Positions 1 to 10,400 of a stretch of 64,000 bases of DNA are shown here, piece after piece. The stretch is taken from assembly GCA_002269645.1 (NCBI GenBank), contig NIVC01003088.1, forward strand, positions 56,260-120,259, read 5' to 3'. Position 1 is the stretch's first letter. Every line of letters begins with the position of its first letter. The notes under the pieces are model-generated. The model did not search any database. It was given only the letters and a program-made list of their open reading frames with translations, and was not told where the DNA came from. The position numbers and the translations under genes are program-made. This DNA is from Macrostomum lignano (Eukaryota).

Positions 1-950
1 CAAACCTACAATGACATTTCAGTGACTCACCAAACCTACAAGGACAATTCAGTGACTCACCAAACCTACAATGACAATTCAGTGACTCACAAACCCTCGA
101 GGACAATTCAGTGACTCACAAACCCTCGAGGACAATTCAGTGACTCACAAACCCTCGAGGACAATTCAGTGACTCACAAACTCTCAAGGACAATTCAGTG
201 ACTCACAAACCCTCGAGGACAATTCAGTGACTCACAAACCCTCGAGGACAATTCAGTGACTCACAAACCCTCGAGGACAATTCAGTGACTCACAAACTCT
301 CGAGGACAATTCAGTGACTCACCAAACCCTCGAGGACAATTCAGTGACTCACCAAACCCTCAAGGATATTTCAGTGACTCACCAAACTCTCAAGGACAAT
401 TCAGTGACTCACAAACCCTCGAGGACAATTCAGTGACTCACCAAACCTTCAAGGACAATTCAGTGACTCACAAACCCTCGAGGACAATTCAGTGACTCAC
501 CAAACTCTCAAGGACATTTCAGTGACTCACCAAACTCTCAAGGATATTTCAGTGACTCACCAAACTCTCAAGGACAATTCAGTGACTCACCAAACCCTCG
601 AGGATATTTCAGTGACTCACCAAACTCTCAAGGACAATTCAGTGACTCACCAAACTCTCAAGGACTATTCAGTGACTCACCAAACTCTCAAGGATATTTC
701 AGTGACTCACCAAACTCTCAAGGATATTTCAGTGACTCACCAAACTCTCAAGGACAATTCAGTGACTCACCAAACCCTCGAGGATATTTCAGTGACTCAC
801 CAAACTCTCAAGGACAATTCAGTGACTCACCAAACCCTCGAGGATATTTCAGTGACTCACCAAACTCTCAAGGACAATTCAGTGACTCACCAAACCCTCG
901 AGGACACTTTAGTGGCCCAACAAACTTTTAAAGACATTTCGACAACACAC
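1..950. repeat. 29-30 bp tandem minisatellite (TTCAGTGACTCACCAAACTCTCAAGGACAA) in ATIC intron, runs off window edge
   Basis: About 30 units visible directly; ORF 492..953 is its 10-aa periodic translation. Confidence 0.95.
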
Positions 951-1112
951 TAGGACTCTCTAAGACCCGCCAATGATCCAGGAATCCTCTGGGACACTTT
1001 AGAGGCCCATTAAACATTCTGGGACTTTTCAGTGACCAAAAAAGCTTTTTTAGTGACACTTCAGTGAACCAATAAAAAGCCCTGGCTTCGCTTCCAATCC
1101 CAGTGACCCTAC

Positions 1113-1334
1113 CTCTTGCACAGGAATGCCAGCCTGAGACAGGACAGATGCAGTGCCACCCGAAGATACAAGATCGTAGCCATGCCGTTGAACCAGCTGG
1201 CGAGCAAAGTCAACTAGGCCAGACTTGTCAGTAACACTTAGCAGAGCCAATCGACGCCCTTGACCGCGCTTGTCGCCACTGTTGCCAATGTCAACATTGC
1301 CGGAAGCTGCTGGCTTGCTAGAGGCCGAGTCCAT
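1113..1334 (-). CDS. ATIC: Bifunctional purine biosynthesis protein ATIC/PurH, first coding exon (MGS-like domain); gene continues left of window
   Basis: [19 protein letters not shown]...[20 protein letters not shown] matches the ATIC N-terminus; ATG at 1334, 74 codons, then GTAGGG donor at 1112. Confidence 0.88.
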
Positions 1335-1631
1335 TTGCTGTCTCTTATGCGTTGATTTGAGCGTAAGATTATTTAATTTCAAGGATCTGAAAGAGAAGAT
1401 AGTTTGATAATTAATCGGGGATCTACCAAATGCAATGTGATTTTGGTAATTACATATAAACCTTCCAGACATAATACTTAATAGGGTAGATTTTTTTACA
1501 TTTTTTCAAGTCCTTTATCATATAAATCATACTTCATTATCGTAATTAGTAATTTTTCACAGGAAGACTACCAGTTCTCATTCTACGACAATTGAATATC
1601 GACATTTCGATTGTCACAAATTGAATTTGTG

Positions 1632-2990
1632 ACAACCCTAACCTAAACCCTGATTCCTCAACCCTAACCTAACCCTGATTCCTCAACCCTAACCTAAACC
1701 CTGATTCCTCAACCCTAACCTAAACCCTGATTCCTCAACCCTAACCTAACCCTGATTCCTCAACCCTAACCTAACCCTGATTCCTCAACCCTAACCTAAA
1801 CCCTGATTCCTCAACCCTAACCTGAACCCTGATTCCTCAACCCTAACCTAAACCCTGATTCCTCAACCCTAACCTAAACCCTGATTCCTCAACCCAAACC
1901 TAAACCCTGATTCCTCAACCCTAACCTAAACCCTGATTCCTCAACCCTAACCTAACCCTGATTCCTCAACCCTAACCTAACCCTGATTCCTCAACCCTAA
2001 CCTAAACACTGATTCCTCAACCCTAACCTAAACCCTGATTCCTCAACCCTAACCTAAACCCTGATTCCTCAACCCTAACCTAAACCCTGATTCCTCAACC
2101 CTAACCTAAACCCTGATTCCTCAACCCTAACCAAAACCCTGATTCCTCAACCCTAACCAAAACCCTAATTCCTCAACCCTAACCTAACCCTGATTCCTCA
2201 ACCCTAACCTAAACCCTGATTCCTCAACCCTAACCTAACCCTGATTCCTCAACCCTAACCTAACCCTGATTCCTCAACCCTAACCTAAACACTGATTCCT
2301 CAACCCAAACCTAAACCCTGATTCCTCAACCCTAACCTAACCCTGATTCCTCAACCCTAACCTAACCCTGATTCCTCAACCCTAACCTAAACCCTGATTC
2401 CTCAACCCTAACCTAACCCTGATTCCTCAACCCTAACCTAACCCTGATTCCTCAACCCTAACCTAAACACTGATTCCTCAACCCTAACCTAAACCCTGAT
2501 TCCTCAACCCTAACCTAAACCCTGATTCCTCAACCCTAACCTAAACCCTGATTCCTCAACCCTAACCTAAACCCTGATTCCTCAACCCTAACCAAAACCC
2601 TGATTCCTCAACCCTAACCAAAACCCTAATTCCTCAACCCTAACCTAACCCTGATTCCTCAACCCTAACCTAAACCCTGATTCCTCAACCCTAACCTAAC
2701 CCTGATTCCTCAACCCTAACCTAACCCTGATTCCTCAACCCTAACCTAAACACTGATTCCTCAACCCAAACCTAAACCCTGATTCCTCAACCCTAACCTA
2801 ACCCTGATTCCTCAACCCTAACCTAACCCTGATTCCTCAACCCTAACCTAAACACTGATTCCTCAACCCTAACCTAAACCCTGATTCCTCAACCCTAACC
2901 TAAACCCTAATTCCTCAACCCTAACCTAAACCTTAATTCTCAACCCTAAACCCTAACCTAATTCCTCAACCCTAACCTAATTCCTGAACC
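1632..2990. repeat. 25-26 bp telomere-like minisatellite (AACCCTAACCTAAACCCTGATTCCTC)
   Basis: About 50 units containing CCCTAA; interstitial, with unique sequence on both sides. Confidence 0.95.
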
Positions 2991-3707
2991 CGAATGCCGA
3001 ACCTAAATCCTACTTCCTAAACTTGAACTCCTAAACCCTCAGCTAAACTCCTATCTGTAACCTGTAAAATTTCGACAGTCAATTATCGTGTTTCCATTGC
3101 TTACTGTCGCCGTCTTTAGCGCCGAGAATTCACGTGACGAGTATAAAAATACATTTGTTATCTCTTATCTTAGATTGATATAAACTCAGAGGGGTAACAG
3201 GGATGAATGTACACTAAGCTTGCGCAGTGTACATTTGTGCGTACTTTCCTTACACCTGTTCAACTGTCAACCGATCCAACAACAAATCACTGGAACCGGA
3301 AATGTTTATTTACAGAACAAACTACTGTAAGTAACACAATCAAATTAATAACAATAAAACCGATAGTTTATTCGTAATATAAAATATAATGATCAATATT
3401 GCATTCTTTATTCAAAATCGCACTTAATTTTACAGAATTTTTTTAAAAATTATTCAGCACCAAATTTGTGTAAATATAAGTGGAATTAACAATACTAGAA
3501 TAATACTAGATAATACTAAAAATATTGATTTATTATGCAAAAGTAATCAACGATAAAATTTGAACAATCGCTTAAATATATAAAATTTATGAGACCGCCA
3601 AATTTTATTACAGCATTTTTCATTTTATTTTAAAAGTCGAGCATTCAATTAGCTTCGGCTATTGTCTATGGCCAAAACCGTGCAAGGGGAGCGCGTTAAG
3701 CGTTGAG

Positions 3708-3990
3708 GGTGTTGTAGCCTAGTGGTTAGAGCGTTCGATTTACGACTTGAAGGTCGGGGGTTCGATTCCTGATACCACTCGGAACAATTTGTGTCCTTGA
3801 GCAAGACACTTAACTCTGCATTGCTTCAGTTTACCCAGCTGTAAAATGGGTGCCAGCATTAGCTGGGGTAATTGAGGCTGTGTGGCGACCCCCCAGTCCT
3901 TGGATGAACAGCCGTACGCAGCCTTCAGATGCGACGCTCAGCTGTCGGTTGCCTATCTGGCCATTAGGGCGGGTGTAATCAATTATAACC
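3708..3990 (+). mobile_element. tRNA-derived SINE (pol III A/B boxes plus Meta-type central domain)
   Basis: A box TAGCCTAGTGG, B box GGTTCGATTCC, then GTGTCCTTGAGCAAGACACTTAAC...CCCAGCTGTAAAATGGGT; second copy at 38.5-38.8 kb. Confidence 0.8.
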
Positions 3991-4110
3991 AGATGTGTCT
4001 TCACGTACAGTGAAACAGACGGTGTTTTGACCATAGACAAAAGTAAAAAGATGGCAGTGTCGAATTCTTAAATAAGAATAAATAAATAGTATAAATAGTC
4101 ATTTCCCTCA

Positions 4111-4731
4111 TTAACGAGTGGATTTAGCATCGCCGGACGCTACGGATTCAACAGCACGCAGAGCTTCTCTAGTCTGACTGAGCAAATCCATCAGCTGATG
4201 CTTCGTACACACAAATCGAACTCCAGTTGGCTGTCCGACAGTCGCCAGGCCAAGCTGATAATGAACTGGCTCATCTGACCGACCAGAATTGGCGGCACCC
4301 GTTTCGTAGACTAATCGCCATTGGGTGTCAACAATGTGACCCAGCGACGCCTCTTGCCCAGTTGCCAGGGGAGCTAGCAGAGCTCGACGCTCGAGACTAG
4401 GCCAGGCCGAGCTGACACAATCAGTCAGCACTGACAGGTGTTCGCCAATCAAGCCGCGCTCCTCCGCGCAGGCTAGCAATACTTTCAAGCTCACACCGCG
4501 ACTCAATGCTTCAGCTAGTAGGGCGCAGAGCACTGAACAGATTTCTTTGTCTAAAGGATCCGATGGAGCAGCTGGGGCGGCTTCGTTATTGTCAGACTTT
4601 TTAAACCAATCTCTATCACTGGAATAGTGCAACATCAGACAGGCGGCCTCGCACAGGCCACGGAATCGGTCGGCGGGCAGTTGCTCTACGCAACAGCGAA
4701 ATACGGTGGCAAATTGTTGTGGCAGCTCCAT
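4111..4731 (-). CDS. COMMD3: COMM domain-containing protein 3, single exon, 206 aa
   Basis: MEL start; COMM domain HIVDTQWRLVY...VRFVCTKHQLMDLLSQTREA aligns with COMMD3 HITDVSWRLEY...ISFSCSMEQLQDLVGKLKDA. Confidence 0.8.
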   Translation of the reverse strand: MELPQQFATVFRCCVEQLPADRFRGLCEAACLMLHYSSDRDWFKKSDNNEAAPAAPSDPLDKEICSVLCALLAEALSRGVSLKVLLACAEERGLIGEHLSVLTDCVSSAWPSLERRALLAPLATGQEASLGHIVDTQWRLVYETGAANSGRSDEPVHYQLGLATVGQPTGVRFVCTKHQLMDLLSQTREALRAVESVASGDAKSTR

Positions 4732-4909
4732 AGTTGTTCTTTAATCTGGCTCGGGTTCCGGATCGGTTCGGGCTGTGAACAATGAGGTACAAGTACTGAG
4801 GCAGATGGATAGACGCTTGAGACTCTACTGTAAGACAGATAGCCAATTAGACAGACACTGAAATAGAGAAGCCTAAAAGGCACAAATTAAAACCGAGAAA
4901 CAGATAGAC

Positions 4910-5001
4910 AAATAGACAGGCAGGCAGACAGTTAGACAGACAGACAGACACACAGACAGACAGACACAGACAGACAGACAGACAGACAGACGGACACACA
5001 G

Positions 5002-5064
<63 letters not shown>

Positions 5065-5099
5065 CAGACAGACAGACAGACAGACAGACGGACACACAG

Positions 5100-5150
<51 letters not shown>

Positions 5151-5151
5151 C

Positions 5152-5238
<87 letters not shown>

Positions 5239-5300
5239 CACAGACAGACAGACAGACAGACAGACACACAGACAGACAGACAGACAGGCAAACAGACAGA
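4910..5300. repeat. (GACA)n microsatellite
   Basis: Directly visible; source of the spurious LSVC ORFs. Confidence 0.97.
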
Positions 5301-5967
5301 CTGAGGCAGATCCAAAAGGACTTAACTAAGTCAAAGCTAATTAAATATCGGAGACCATCTGACAGAAGGGACAAGAAGACACAACCTTAAAGCGAGCTTG
5401 GCGGTCAACGCAATCAGTGCACAATTATATTTGATAGCTCGCACAAGCAAAATACAGAATGCATTAGAAAATGGAACGAATGCAAAAAGAAACTGCAACG
5501 AAGCGCAGATTTCGAATGTGAATTTTGCATCCTACCGAACGGTCCAACAGCCACAGAAACAGGGGTAGGGAACTAGTTTAATATAAAAAGTTGAAAATTT
5601 GTACGCAACTAAAGCCATGTTAAAAAATGAGCATGAAATAAATTGTTGGTCCACAAAAGAGTAAAACACAAACAATTAGCCTTACAAATTTTTAAAGTAA
5701 AAATGGCACATAAATCAATTTTAAACAATAATAAATAATTGGACGGGATTACTACTAACAACAGTAGCATTTCAGAGTAGATAAAAATGCGTTCCAGCGC
5801 CAGGGAAACGGTAAAACAAAACATTTTGTTTTTTGTTGCAATTGCAAAATCCTATCAGATATCCGTGCGGGTAAACAGCGGGAGTATAATAATGAAATGC
5901 CTCGTCATCTAATTAGCACTCGCCGTTCCTCGGCTAATTGGCTTTAATTATCCCTTTGTTTGACTTG

Positions 5968-6432
5968 CTAAGGTTGCAGAGCGGTCAATACTAGTTTTAA
6001 ATCTCGCAACAGGAAACCGGCTTCTTCTGGCGAGAGATCTTCTAGTAGAAGCAATTTCTGTTGTTGCTGTTGCTGCTGCTGCTGCTCGGCTGCTGTCAAA
6101 GACGATAGCAGAGTTTCGTATAGGCCAGCCAACGTGTCAGCCAAGCCGCTGATCGAACGCAGCTGCGCCTTAGCCCTCTGGTTGCCATGCAGCAGCGCTC
6201 GGAGCAGGGACGCAGTCAGGGCCAGGAGTCGAGCCTCCCGTGCCAGTTCGTTCTGCTTCTGCCGCTGCTGCTGCGACCGTCTCGGCCTGGGCATCTGCTG
6301 GCTACGGAGCAATCGCTGGCAGGGCTTCATGGCCGACTGCAGGCAGTCCGTTAGGCGCTGCTGACAGGCCAGGATGCGCATGAGCAGGCCCGGGTGGCAG
6401 GACAGGTTGCGGAGACACAGCAGGGCTCGGCA
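5968..6432 (-). CDS. RTTN: Rotatin, last exon
   Basis: CAG acceptor 6435-6433; LRNLSCHP...RALLHGNQRAKAQL matches the RTTN C-terminus (WALIYNYQKAKTAL); stop at 5968. Confidence 0.8.
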   Translation of the reverse strand, partial: CRALLCLRNLSCHPGLLMRILACQQRLTDCLQSAMKPCQRLLRSQQMPRPRRSQQQRQKQNELAREARLLALTASLLRALLHGNQRAKAQLRSISGLADTLAGLYETLLSSLTAAEQQQQQQQQQKLLLLEDLSPEEAGFLLRDLKLVLTALQP

Positions 6433-6451
6433 CTGCGGTGGGTAGGCGGGC

Positions 6452-6483
6452 AGTCTGTCTGTCTGTCTGTCTGTCTGTCTTAG

Positions 6484-6520
<37 letters not shown>

Positions 6521-6561
6521 GTCTGTCTGTCTGTCTGTGTTAATCTCTGTGTGTCTGTCTA

Positions 6562-6592
<31 letters not shown>

Positions 6593-6806
6593 GCCTGTCT
6601 GTGTTAATCTCTGTGTGTCTGTCTATCTGTCTGTCTGCCTGTCTGTGTTAATCTCTGTGTGTCTGTCTATCTGTCTGTCTGTCTGTCTGTCTGTCTGCCT
6701 GTCTGTGTTAATCTCTGTGTGTCTGTGTGTCTGTACCTGTATGTGTCTGTGTCTGTGTCTGTATCTGTATCTGTATCTGTGTCTCTGTATCTCTGTGTGT
6801 CTGTGT
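6452..6806. repeat. Compound (TCTG)n/(TG)n microsatellite, left flank of RTE insertion
   Basis: Visible; the same compound pattern resumes at 10542. Confidence 0.95.
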
Positions 6807-7367
6807 GTCTTAATTTATTTGCAGTCTTAATTTATTTGCAGTCTTAATTTATTTGCAGTCTTAATTTATTTGCAGTCTTAATTTATTTGCAGTCTTAATT
6901 TATTTGCAGTCTTAATTTATTTGCAGTCTTAATTTATTTGCAGTCTTAATTTATTTGCAGTCTTAATTTATTTGCAGTCTTAATTTATTTGCAGTCTTAA
7001 TTTATTTGCAGTCTTAATTTATTTGCAGTCTTAATTTATTTGCAGTCTTAATTTATTTGCAGTCTTAATTTATTTGCAGTCTTAATTTATTTGCAGTCTT
7101 AATTTATTTGCAGTCTTAATTTATTTGCAGTCTTAATTTATTTGCAGTCTTAATTTATTTGCAGTCTTAATTTATTTGCAGTCTTAATTTATTTGCAGTC
7201 TTAATTTATTTGCAGTCTTAATTTATTTGCAGTCTTAATTTATTTGCAGTCTTAATTTATTTGCAGTCTTAATTTATTTGCAGTCTTAATTTATTTGCAG
7301 TCTTAATTTATTTGCAGTCTTAATTTATTTGCAGTCTTAATTTATTTGCAGTCTTAATTTATTTGCA
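6807..7367 (+). repeat. 33 x 17 bp tandem array GTCTTAATTTATTTGCA abutting the RTE 5' end
   Basis: 561 bp = 33 x 17; no variant units seen; last unit 7351-7367 runs directly into the element. Confidence 0.95.
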
Positions 7368-7449
7368 CCACGGTGCAGATAAATGCCGCTACCTCCTCGT
7401 GGTGAGAGTGGAGAGCCGCGCTTAACTGCTGCGGCGGCCAAATGCGGCA
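7351..7449 (+). ncRNA. HDV-like self-cleaving ribozyme fold at 5' end of RTE element
   Basis: P2 TGCCGC 7384-89 / GCGGCA 7444-49; P3 ACC/GGT around L3 TCCTCGT 7394-7400; P1.1 GG 7410-11; P4 GCCGCGC..GC-T-GCGGC; J4/2 GGCCAA; P1 (GTCTT / GAGAGT) imperfect. Confidence 0.7.
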
Positions 7450-10400
7450 GGACCAAGCGAGGGCAGCGGAGCGCGCGTCGGCGAGTTGAACGCCGTCGCG
7501 AGCGAAACTGGCGAGGTCGGCAACGTGGCGCCGCCCGCCGAGCTGCTGCTGCGCTGGCCCAATTGGATCTTCCGGGTGGCGCCGGGGACCATGAGGCTCA
7601 CCAGCATCGAGCCCCAGCCGTACCAGAGGGCACGCTTCGGGTCGGGACGCTGAACTGCCGCACTCTCAAGGCCACATGGCGGAGAGGGCTGCTGGCGAGG
7701 CTAGCGCTCGACCTCAGCTGTGATGTCATCGCACTACAGGAGGTGTCTATCAGAGCCGACCCCGGACTTCACTGTGAGGACCTGGGCGCCGGTTGGACAC
7801 TCTGGTACACCTCAGCGGATGAGCGAGGCCGTGGAGGAGTTGGAGCGCTGATCGGACCGAGGCTGCAGCAGAGCTGTCGCTGCATCTCCCTGTCTTCTCG
7901 GCTGCTTCGGGTCGACGTCCGGCTTCGCGGCCGGAACACCCGCCTGTTCTGCGCGTATGCGCCGCCTGCTACCCGCTCCGATGAGGCTCAGGCCTTCTTC
8001 GAGCAACTCTCGGTGCGGGTGGAGGAGATGGCGCAACGTGACACAGTGGTCATTCTCGGAGACCTGAACGCAGTTCTGCGTAGGTCCGAGCGATCGCTGT
8101 TTGTGACAGCGCGCGAGAACGGCAACACCGGAGCGCTAGAGGACTTCCTGGAGAGACAGGACATGGTGTCGGCCAACACCAGATTCCGCAAGTCGCCGGG
8201 CAGGCTCGCGACCTTCGTGGGCTGCAAGCGGAGGCGGCGGAACGCGCGTGGCCGGAACGCTACGCGGAGGCTGGCACAGCTCGACCACGTGCTTGTGCGC
8301 TTTCGTGAGCGCCGCCGCGTCACCAACTGCCACACCATTACGCCGCTGGCTCTGCGGTCCGACCATCGACTGCTCATCTGCGACCTTCGGCTTCGGGACC
8401 CGCTCTACCGTCCGCCAAAGCGGCCACCGCGGCGCTACTACCGCGCGCTCAGGGACGCCGAGACGCGACGTCGCTTTGCCGGTGCCTTTGTCACTGCGCT
8501 GGGCGACAAGCGTGGAGGAGCCGAGTACGCGGAGGTGAGCGCTGCAGTTCGAGCCGCTGCGGAGCAAGCAGTCCCGCTGATGCGACCGGCCCAGCGCGGG
8601 CAGCCGGTCTGGCAGGACGACCCCGCGATCGACGAAGCGAGGGAAGATCTGGAGAGGCTCCGTCTGAGTGGGCGGCCAACTCGCGAGGCGGAGGAGGCTC
8701 TGGCGGCTGTCTACCTGCAGCGGCAGCAGTCCGCTGTCGATGACGCCATCCAAGCCGTCTCTGCCGCAGGGCCCGATGCCAGAGGGCGCGTGGCCTGGTC
8801 CGCCATCAACACTCTGACGGGGCGAAAGCGGCGCATCGCGCTCAACCTGGCAGGCGACACTCCGGACGAGCGCAGGAACGAGCTGCGCGAGTTCTTCGCC
8901 GCCATTGTCAACGCGCCGCCCCCTCCGCTTCCAGAAAATCTGAGGCTGCCGCCGGAGACGCCGTTGCCGGCGGAGGAGAGCTTCAATGTTGCCCCAGTCA
9001 GCACAGCCGACGTTGTGAAGTTCGCTCGGCAGTCGCCGGGCGGCAAAGCGCTTGGTCCGGACGAGGTGCCCACCGAGGCGCTGCGGATCCACTGCGTGGC
9101 CACTGAGGTCGCCAGAGTGATGAACCGCGTGCTTTTCGGTGAGGTGGCGCCAAACGAATGGACCACGGCGCACATCGTCGCCATTCCAAAGAAGCCGGGC
9201 ACCACCAAGCTCGAGGAGCATCGAGGCATCTGCCTACAGTCCTGCGCCGCGAAGCTGTTAAACCGCATGCTGCTATCGCGGTTACAGCCTGTGCTGGACC
9301 CGTACCTGCGACCTGAGCAGAACGGATTCCGGCCCCATCGCGGCACAGTGACGCAGATCCTGGCTCTTCGACGAGTCATCGAGGAGGCGCGCATCCGCCA
9401 GTTGACCCTGATCCTGATCTTCGTCGATTTCAGGAAGGCTTTCGACTCGGTCGTGAGGGACGCGCTCCCAGAGGTGCTCCGTGCGTACAACGTGCCAGAG
9501 CTGCTGATTTCTGCTGTCATGGCGCTGTACCACGGCACGACGGCTGCTGTCTCAACACCGGACGGCCTATCGGATTTCTTCGAGACATCCTCCGGGGTGC
9601 TCCAGGGAGATACGCTAGCGCCGTTCCTATTTATTCTGGTGCTTGACTGGGTGCTACGGACTGCTCTGCCTTCCAACGACGACGGCTTCCTGCTGCGGCG
9701 ACGCGTGGGTCGACGCCAACCGGAGAGACGGCTCAGCGTGCTTGGCTACGCCGATGACCTCGCCCTGCTGTCCTCGACCGTCGAGGGCGCCCAACGACAG
9801 CTGGATAGGCTGGTTGCCGTTGCGGCGAGCGTCGGCCTGGTGGTCAACACGCAGAAGACCGTCGTGCTATGCGTGCCGGACGACACCGAGGCTGCAATCT
9901 TCTGCCGAGGCGCTGACGGACAGGCGAGTGAGCTTCCAAGATGTCAGCAGTTCGTCTACCTCGGCGGTCTGGTTCCCGACGTCCGCGAGGATCTGCGGCG
10001 TCGCCGAGGACTTGCTTGGGCTGCCTTTCGTTCTATAAGGTCAGTCCTGCAGTCCGAGGCCCTACCGGACCGCCAGAGGGCGGCGCTGTTCCAGGCGGTG
10101 ATCGAGACCGTCCTGTTATGCAACGCCGAGACCTGGACGCTGACAGACTCGCTCGAGGCTCAAGTCGACGCGGCGCACGCTGGCCTGCTGCGCGCCGCCT
10201 TCAAGATCGGCAACGAGCGAGTCACCAACACGGCGCTCTATCATCGCGCCGGCCTGGCCCGTCCTAGCGATCTGCTGCGCCGTCGGCGACTCCAGCTGGC
10301 AGGCCACGTCATCCGCGCCGAGGCCTACTGCCCGGAGCCGGTGCAGGAGGTGCTGCTACTTACGTTGCAGGCACCCTACCGGCGGGGACAGGCGAGGACT

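Noticed and set aside
1050-1472. Bacterial purH contamination
   Set aside because: Homology stops at a GT donor and the gene is flanked by eukaryotic repeats; the ORF's extra ends are non-homologous
1632-2990. True telomere or chromosome end
   Set aside because: 26-bp degenerate unit with genes on both sides
3709-3780. Possible tRNA-Val gene
   Set aside because: Anticodon stem pairs poorly, no pol III terminator follows, and it continues into a SINE body shared with the 38.5-kb copy
4847-5374. Long LSVC-repeat ORFs and similar periodic ORFs (492, 6438, 11008, 17973, 18932, 46394)
   Set aside because: Stop-free translations of micro- and minisatellites
6807-7367. CRISPR-like array (also considered for 1-950, 11090-11760, 19850-20300, 46351-47540)
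   Set aside because: Contiguous units with no unique spacers, no cas genes, eukaryotic intron context
7422-10307. Antisense and alternate-frame ORFs over the RTE copies (also 26720-29611)
   Set aside because: Expected shadows of GC-rich coding sequence, no recognisable domains
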